Source: an uncultured Dehalococcoidia bacterium (GTDB taxonomy: Bacteria; Chloroflexota; Dehalococcoidia; Lucifugimonadales; Australimonadaceae). From it: a DNA stretch of 38,608 nt. Location of the stretch: positions 1 to 38,608 of the forward strand of contig CAZQVD010000001.1 of NCBI GenBank assembly GCA_964596665.1, in the 5' to 3' direction. Shown one piece after another: positions 33,371 to 38,608 of the stretch. Positions within the stretch are counted from its first letter, which is position 1, and each line of letters starts with the position of its first letter. Position numbers and translations under genes: made by a program. The notes beneath the pieces were generated by a model. It searched no databases. It was not told the origin of the DNA and saw nothing but the letters and a program-made list of their open reading frames with translations.

Positions 33371-34464
33371 GCCGGCGTAGCATCCGTGATCCCGCTCACG
33401 GGAAGCCCCCTGTTGTCGATGAGTTGGCGAACGGGGTAGTTGATCTGGATCCCCTCGGTCTTGAAGCGAGCGCGCAGGCGCTTGATGAGCTCGTTGGTGA
33501 CCACGAAGCTGCCGAGGCGGTCGCGGGCCTGGAGGAAGAGCCAGAACTTGATGTTGGACTCGCCGAAGCTGTCGAAACCGAAGTAGGCATCCATCGTTTT
33601 CACGGCATCCGGCTGGTCGCGGATCACTTCCCGTGTGACCTCGAGCGCCACCTCCTCCACTCGGTCCAGATCGCTATCGTAGCTGACCCCACTCATGAGC
33701 AATATGTTCATGGCAGGGATGGGGCCGCTGTAATTGGTCACGATCGAATCGGCCATCACCGAATTGGGGATGATCACTAGATTGTTCAGCCACGTCTGAA
33801 TCTTCGTGCTGCGCCAGCCGACCTCTTTGACGTAGCCAGCTGGTCCTCCATTGAGCTCGATATAGTCTCCAACGCCGATAGCACCGTCGGAGAGCACGTA
33901 GGTGCCCGCGAAGAAGTTGCTCAGCGTCGGCTGCACGGCAAGGGCGACGGCCAATCCCGTGATGCCCAGGCCGCCGAGGATCGGACTGATGGATTGCCCA
34001 AGCGCATCGAGCACCAGCAGGCCGGCTATGCCGTAGATCACGATGGTCAGCAGCCGTCTGGCCAGGGGCAGCATGCGGTCGTCGACCTGTGTTGGCGTAC
34101 GTGGCGCGATCGTCACCAGGTACCAGTTGATGGCGGCTGACGTCGTATTCGAGATGGCATGGGCGACCAGGAGAACCGCGACGATGACCCAGATTGTCTC
34201 TATCACGCCGGTCCAAGCTTCGGTCTCCGGTAGCGTCGATAGCGCCAAGAACACGCCAGCTGCGACTACGAAGAGCGTGGCGGAGTTGCGTACCGCGGCG
34301 ACGGTGTCCGGCAGGATGGCGTGGACCGTGGTCCGGCGAAGGGTTCGTCCGGCGAATCTCAACACCGCATAGACGATCGACGCGGCCACCACAGATCCGG
34401 CCAGTAGGCCGGCGGCGATCAGCCGCTGTATGAAGGGGTCATCGCTGATCGACTGGAACGGCAC
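33367..34464 (-). CDS. Mechanosensitive ion channel, MscS family
   Basis: 365 aa. N-terminal TM helices, then the MscS beta-domain signature (VGDYIELNGGPAGYVKEVGWRSTKIQTWLNNLVIIPNS). GTG start. ATGA overlap with the otsB start. Confidence 0.9.
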   Translation of the reverse strand: MPFQSISDDPFIQRLIAAGLLAGSVVAASIVYAVLRFAGRTLRRTTVHAILPDTVAAVRNSATLFVVAAGVFLALSTLPETEAWTGVIETIWVIVAVLLVAHAISNTTSAAINWYLVTIAPRTPTQVDDRMLPLARRLLTIVIYGIAGLLVLDALGQSISPILGGLGITGLAVALAVQPTLSNFFAGTYVLSDGAIGVGDYIELNGGPAGYVKEVGWRSTKIQTWLNNLVIIPNSVMADSIVTNYSGPIPAMNILLMSGVSYDSDLDRVEEVALEVTREVIRDQPDAVKTMDAYFGFDSFGESNIKFWLFLQARDRLGSFVVTNELIKRLRARFKTEGIQINYPVRQLIDNRGLPVSGITDATPA

Positions 34465-34656
34465 GATTCACCTTCGAACGAGCGTTGCACCACTCTACCG
34501 CGGGCGCTGTTAGCGAGGAACGGGCCCGATGTGCGCCGATGCGCGGATTCCAGACCAGCTCCGGTGCCACCTGTGACGCCGGCGTCTGCTACGTTTGGCC
34601 GATGGCCGTGGCCGAATCACCCAGTACGATGGAGCAGATCGCTCCCAAGAGAAACA

Positions 34657-34920
34657 ATGACGATTCCAATCAGCGACCTGCCTGCGTTCGACACCCGTGA
34701 TGTGAACATCTGCATCCTCCCTCACTTGAACGAGCTGCTGGTCGTGGGCTCCAGATCGGTCGGCGATTCAGGCCCCAAAACCTACGTGATGGACACCGCC
34801 GACCTCATGGGCGAGCAATTCCACCAAGAGATCAAGCGGCCGATTGGCGAAGAGCGCACGAGTGCCCGAGAGGAGGGCCGCCAGCTCGCGCACTCCGCCG
34901 TTATGGGCGACCCCCGTTAG
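34657..34920 (+). CDS. Hypothetical protein (87 aa), no recognisable family
   Basis: ATG 34657 lies inside track ORF 34531..34920. The upstream part is Pro/Arg-rich junk-like sequence. Codon third positions are mostly G/C. Weak SD (AAGAGAAAC). Confidence 0.4.
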   Translation: MTIPISDLPAFDTRDVNICILPHLNELLVVGSRSVGDSGPKTYVMDTADLMGEQFHQEIKRPIGEERTSAREEGRQLAHSAVMGDPR

Positions 34921-35041
34921 TTCCTGGCCCTCTGGAGCGCCAACTAACCGCGCGCTGGCGGCGGCATGCGCCCTTGCTCACGATAAGGGGCTGTAGTACC
35001 GTACTCGCCGGTGCACAGCGCACCCGGAGGCCCCTTTCCCC

Positions 35042-35251
35042 TTGTCAGTTCAAAGTGCCCCTGCCGCCAATGCGCGGAGCGTCTACATCCTCGTGATCGT
35101 CTTGGGCCTCGTCGCCGCGGTGACGGCCGCATCGACCATCGGCGTGATCGTGTACAACTACGTGACACGCATCGAGCTGCGCGAGCCGCCTCCCGCTCCG
35201 GAAGCCGAAGGAGCCCATGCGGCTCTGCCCTCTTGGATCACCCGGATCTAA
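35042..35251 (+). CDS. Hypothetical single-TM small protein (69 aa)
   Basis: TTG start with no SD. One clear TM helix (VYILVIVLGLVAAVTAASTIGVIVY). It could be a chance ORF. Confidence 0.25.
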   Translation: MSVQSAPAANARSVYILVIVLGLVAAVTAASTIGVIVYNYVTRIELREPPPAPEAEGAHAALPSWITRI

Positions 35252-35325
35252 CGTCCCCTTCCCCCAGCCCAGGGACCCCTTGATCGAGAGGCCTCTCCCT
35301 TGCCGACGCGCTCGAAACCCTGCGC

Positions 35326-35354
35326 TTGAATCGTCAGGCGGGGCGAACTAGGCT
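35326..35354 (+). promoter_or_regulatory. panE promoter
   Basis: TTGAAT (35326-35331), a 17-nt spacer, then TAGGCT (35349-35354), 27 nt upstream of ATG 35382. Confidence 0.45.
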
Positions 35355-35381
35355 CACCTCAGGAACGCTTGCGAGGTTGCC

Positions 35382-36305
35382 ATGAACGTGCTTGTGATGG
35401 GTGCCGGCGGTGTGGGTGGCTATTTCGGCGCGCTCTTGGCCCGGTTGGGCCATCGCGTCACCGTGATTGCGCGTGGCCCGCACCTCTATGCGATGCAGCG
35501 CAGCGGCCTACGGGTGGAAACCGCCATCGAACCTGCGTTCACGGTGGCCGTCCACGCGTTGTCGGACGCGGAGCCCAACGTCGTGGCCGACCTCGTCCTC
35601 TTCACCGTCAAGTCCTACGATACGGACGAGGGTATCGCGTGCATCAGGCCGGCGGTCGGACCGCGCACAACGATCCTCACGCTTCAGAACGGCGTCGACT
35701 CGGGAGAGAGCCTGGCGGCTGCCTTCGGATGGGAGCGGGTGTTAGAAGGGGTCGTCTACATCGAGAGCCACGTGGGCGCGCCGGGAGTCATCGCGCAGAT
35801 CGGCGGGCCGCGGCGGGTCATATTCGGCCGCCGGGCGGGGAACGGTGAGCGGGAGATCGAGCTGCTGCGCAGCTTCACCGAAGCCGGTTGGAACGCCGAG
35901 CTGTCGGAGGCCATCCTGCGCGATCTATGGACGAAGCTCTGCTTCATTGGCCCCTTCGCCGCCGCCAACACGATCACGGGGCTTTCAGCCGAGCGTATGT
36001 GCCTAGTGGAGCGGTGCGAGCGTCTCGTCCAGATGGTCATGGCCGAGTTCGCCGCCGTGTCTGCCGCAGAGGGTGCGGGGTTGCCTGCGGATGCGGTCGA
36101 GACGGCGATGGACCGGTTCCGCGGATTCAAGGGCATGAGCTCCATGCTGCGCGACCGCGCCGGTGGGAAGCGGCTGGAATCGGAGGCGCTGGTCGGCTCT
36201 GCGGTCCGGCGCGGAACGGCTCGCGGGATCCCAACGCCCGTCACCGAGAGCCTGTACTGCCTACTGGCGCCGATGCGGGACGGTGGCGCGGACCACCTCG
36301 GCTAA
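35382..36305 (+). CDS. panE: 2-dehydropantoate 2-reductase (ApbA/PanE family)
   Basis: 307 aa. MNVLVMGAGGVGGYFGALLARLGHRVTVIAR Rossmann N-domain and a C-terminal ApbA domain. Confidence 0.85.
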   Translation: MNVLVMGAGGVGGYFGALLARLGHRVTVIARGPHLYAMQRSGLRVETAIEPAFTVAVHALSDAEPNVVADLVLFTVKSYDTDEGIACIRPAVGPRTTILTLQNGVDSGESLAAAFGWERVLEGVVYIESHVGAPGVIAQIGGPRRVIFGRRAGNGEREIELLRSFTEAGWNAELSEAILRDLWTKLCFIGPFAAANTITGLSAERMCLVERCERLVQMVMAEFAAVSAAEGAGLPADAVETAMDRFRGFKGMSSMLRDRAGGKRLESEALVGSAVRRGTARGIPTPVTESLYCLLAPMRDGGADHLG

Positions 36306-36844
36306 CAGCCGCCGGCCAGATCCTCGTTGGATCCAAGGATGGGCTCCCCAAGATACGGACCGAACAGCGCAAGGTACTCCGCCACGACCGCATCGGGATC
36401 GTCTTCCGGCATCAGCATGACCTCGGCCTCGAACACGGTGCCCAGGCGCTCGATCGTGTCCAGGTTGAACAGGGTGTCGCCCTTGTGCCAACGCTCTCGC
36501 CGCTTACGCACCACCGCCGACACGCCCAACGCGGTCTCGAGCAGCGGACCGACCGCCGCGCTGTAAACGTCGGCGAGCTGATAGCGGACGCTGCGGAGAC
36601 CACCGTCGTAGCGGTCCTCGTAGTAGATGAGCTGTCGCCGACGGTTCTCGATCCGCAGCTTGAGGCGCCGAGGCTCACCTTCGGGGCCCGGAGGGAGTCG
36701 GAAGAATGTGTCCACCTGGGTCCGGATGTTCAGCCGCGTCGCGCCGATACGCTTGAGGATGCGCCGGATCGGCCGGAAGTCCGCACAGGAGCGTTTGATC
36801 TCGCGATTACGCTGGTACGCATCGTTCGCAGGCATCGTGCTCAT
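36302..36844 (-). CDS. CYTH-domain protein, class IV adenylate cyclase (CyaB)-like
   Basis: RNREIKRS (family pattern RNxEIK), QVDTFF, RLKLR, LIYYEDR and FEAEV are typical of the CYTH fold. I prefer ATG 36842-36844 over the track's 36895. Confidence 0.72.
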   Translation of the reverse strand: MSTMPANDAYQRNREIKRSCADFRPIRRILKRIGATRLNIRTQVDTFFRLPPGPEGEPRRLKLRIENRRRQLIYYEDRYDGGLRSVRYQLADVYSAAVGPLLETALGVSAVVRKRRERWHKGDTLFNLDTIERLGTVFEAEVMLMPEDDPDAVVAEYLALFGPYLGEPILGSNEDLAGGC

Positions 36845-36900
36845 GGCCACAATCATACGGCGCCAACGCACGTATAATCTCCGGCGGAGGAGCACTGCAC

Positions 36901-37665
36901 ATGGCCGACGACGGATTCCGACTGGACGGCAAGGTGGCGCTCGTAACGGGCGGCAGTCAGGGCATCGGCAAAGCGATCAGCCTCGCACTCGCACGCGCTG
37001 GGGCCACGGTGGCGGTCACGAACATCGCCGCGGTCCAAGCCGATGTAAAGGCGTTGTGTGGGGAGATCGCGTCGGCCGGTGGAAAGGCCAGCGGCTACGA
37101 GCTTGACGTGACCGAGACCCGCACGATCGGCCCGATGTTCGATCGCATCGCCTCCGATCTCGGTGGGCTCGACATCCTGGTCAACAACGCGGGCGTGCGG
37201 GTGAAGGTGGAGTCCCTCGACCTTACGGAGCAGGACTGGGATTTCGTGCTGAACGTGAATCTGAAGGGCACGTTCTTCTGCGCCCAGGCCGCCGCGCGCC
37301 TCATGCTGGGCGCCGGTGGCGGTAGGATCATCAACGTGGCGTCTCAGCTCGCAGTCTCGTCGTCGCCGGCTCGTGCGCCCTACATCGCGAGCAAGGGCGG
37401 CATCGTCGCGCTAACGCAGACACTGGCGCTTGAGTGGGTGGGCGATGGCATCACCGTGAACGCGATCGGACCGGGTCCGACGGCCACGCCACTCACCGCG
37501 GACTCGACGCCTGAGAACGAGGCCACGCTGCTCGCGCGCTCCCCCATCGGGCGCCGGCTCGAGCCCGACGAGGTGGCCGGTGCCGTCGTGTTCTTGGCCG
37601 GCCCATCAGCCGGCGCGATCACCGGACATCATCTCTTGATAGACGGCGGCTGGACGGCCGGATAG
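36901..37665 (+). CDS. Short-chain dehydrogenase/reductase (FabG-like)
   Basis: 254 aa. TGGSQGIG cofactor motif, NNAG, and catalytic YxxxK (YIASK). TATAAT at 36873-36878 and GGAGGAG upstream of the start. Confidence 0.9.
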   Translation: MADDGFRLDGKVALVTGGSQGIGKAISLALARAGATVAVTNIAAVQADVKALCGEIASAGGKASGYELDVTETRTIGPMFDRIASDLGGLDILVNNAGVRVKVESLDLTEQDWDFVLNVNLKGTFFCAQAAARLMLGAGGGRIINVASQLAVSSSPARAPYIASKGGIVALTQTLALEWVGDGITVNAIGPGPTATPLTADSTPENEATLLARSPIGRRLEPDEVAGAVVFLAGPSAGAITGHHLLIDGGWTAG

Positions 37666-37682
37666 GCCCGCGAGGAGCACGC

Positions 37683-38608
37683 ATGATCTCGAATCCGCGC
37701 GACCCGGCCACGCAGCTCGAAGCGCTCTACACCGAAATGGCGGCCAACAGCGTCAAGGGGCTGTGGAACGTCACCCGTTCCGGGCCGGACGTGCGCCCGT
37801 ATCTCTGGCCATGGGAGACGATGAAGCGGCTCGTCACCGAGGCAGGCAGGCTCGTCGAGATGGACCGCCCCGGCGAGCGCCGTGCCGTCGCGCTGGTGAA
37901 CCCGGGCCTGGCCGACGGGATCTCCGCGACCCACACGCTATACGCGGCGATCCAACTCGTGCGGCCGGGCGAGGTCGCGCGCGCCCACCGGCACACGCCG
38001 GCGGCATTGCGCTTCATGCTCCAGGGCACCGGAGCATCCACCACGGTCGAGGGAGGCAAGGTGCCCATGCATGCCGGCGATCTGGTGCTCACGCCAAATT
38101 GGCTTTGGCACGAGCATCGCAACGAGGGAGCCGAGGACGTTCTGTGGCTCGACGGCCTCGATTCGCCGTTCGTCTTCTCGCTCGCCGCCGCGATCTACGA
38201 GCCCTATGAGGATGGTTTCCTCCCCGAGTCGAAGCCGCTCGACTATTCCGCGAGGGCGTTCGGGCTGGGCTCCATCCGCCCGCTCGCCGCGGCCGTGCCC
38301 CTGGCCGGCACGCCCCTGCTCGTCTACCGGTGGGAGGCCATCGAGGAGGCGATCGGGCGGCTGGCCGAGGTGGAGGCGGCGAGCCCTCACGACGGCGTGG
38401 CGATCGAGTACGCCAACCAGGCGACCGGCGGGCACACGCTTCCCACGATCTCCTGCCGCATGCAGATGCTACGGCCCGGCGAGCACACGCAGGCCCATCG
38501 CCACACCTACGCCCCTGTGCACCTTGTGCACCGCGGCACGGGCTACACCGTCATCGAGGGCGAGCGCTATGATTGGGCGGCGGGCGACTCGTTCGTGGTG
38601 CCGCCATG
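37683..38608 (+). CDS. Gentisate 1,2-dioxygenase-like bicupin, 3' end truncated by window edge
   Basis: Not in the track because it is open-ended. My translation is MISNPRDPATQLEALYTEMAANSVKGLWNV...GEVARAHRHTPAALRFMLQGTG...HEHRNEG...GEHTQAHRHTYAPVHLV. It shows two cupin HRH metal motifs. GAGGAG lies upstream of ATG 37683. Confidence 0.8.
   Translation, partial: MISNPRDPATQLEALYTEMAANSVKGLWNVTRSGPDVRPYLWPWETMKRLVTEAGRLVEMDRPGERRAVALVNPGLADGISATHTLYAAIQLVRPGEVARAHRHTPAALRFMLQGTGASTTVEGGKVPMHAGDLVLTPNWLWHEHRNEGAEDVLWLDGLDSPFVFSLAAAIYEPYEDGFLPESKPLDYSARAFGLGSIRPLAAAVPLAGTPLLVYRWEAIEEAIGRLAEVEAASPHDGVAIEYANQATGGHTLPTISCRMQMLRPGEHTQAHRHTYAPVHLVHRGTGYTVIEGERYDWAAGDSFVVPP

Noticed and set aside
34575-34586. 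12-bp perfect palindrome GACGCCGGCGTC.
   Set aside because: Short GC palindromes built around GCCGGC are expected by chance in GC-rich DNA. There is no supporting context.
1-38608. Search for CRISPR arrays, IS elements, integrases, prophage or defence-island signatures.
   Set aside because: I saw no direct-repeat arrays, terminal inverted repeats with a transposase, or recombinase-like ORFs. Gene content is core metabolism and information processing throughout.

Overview
This is a visibly GC-rich bacterial chromosomal segment, densely packed with housekeeping genes. I found no rRNA, CRISPR array, transposase, integrase or phage gene. I cannot assign a taxon from the sequence alone.

Gene content, left to right:
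- **Translation and secretion block (minus strand):** tRNA-Thr(UGU), tRNA-Tyr, tRNA-Thr(GGU), tuf, rpmG, secE, nusG, rplK and rplA. rpmG is 56 aa, below the ORF-track cutoff, and rplA is truncated at the window edge.
- **Next block:** a thioredoxin-NHL protein, gatB and secG.
- **Minus-strand operon:** ispD, ispF, cysS, an FAD oxidase and an NAD(P)-binding protein.
- **Sulfur and redox genes:** a metallo-beta-lactamase (MBL)/rhodanese fusion and an aldo-keto reductase.
- **Heat-shock operon:** cbpA-like dnaJ, hspR and a ClpC-type AAA+ ATPase, with an HspR-associated inverted repeat (HAIR-like operator) upstream.
- **Four-gene plus-strand cassette:** a Zn-ribbon ThrC-family PLP enzyme, a stand-alone NIL domain protein, a MoaD/ThiS carrier ending in GG, and a membrane-anchored redoxin.
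- **Aromatic amino acid genes:** aroC, a DinB-like gene and an aroK-aroB fusion.
- **Further genes:** a Rieske oxygenase, a membrane-anchored DUF429-like RNase H-fold protein, ruvX and alaS.
- **Osmoadaptation cluster:** otsA convergent with an mscS-otsB pair.
- **Right end:** two orphan small ORFs, panE, a CYTH/class IV cyclase-like gene, an SDR and a partial gentisate 1,2-dioxygenase-like bicupin.

Most interesting observations:
1. **Candidate selenoprotein.** The redoxin gene is interrupted by a single in-frame TGA exactly where the first Cys of the family CxxC motif belongs, giving a candidate UxxC selenoprotein. The two ORFs in the track are one gene.
2. **Candidate sulfur-transfer cassette.** That redoxin is the last gene of the ThrC-like/NIL/MoaD-ThiS cassette. 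The cassette looks like a protein-thiocarboxylate-dependent sulfur amino acid pathway with two unexplained extra components.
3. **Unexplained non-coding elements:**
   - an orphan promoter-plus-terminator pair upstream of gatB, which could be a small RNA or an attenuator;
   - a terminator-like hairpin immediately after the tRNA operon promoter;
   - a 15-bp perfect inverted repeat;
   - a long structured otsA leader;
   - an SD-sequestering hairpin in the alaS leader.

All promoter, terminator and RNA-structure calls were made by eye and need computational or experimental confirmation.
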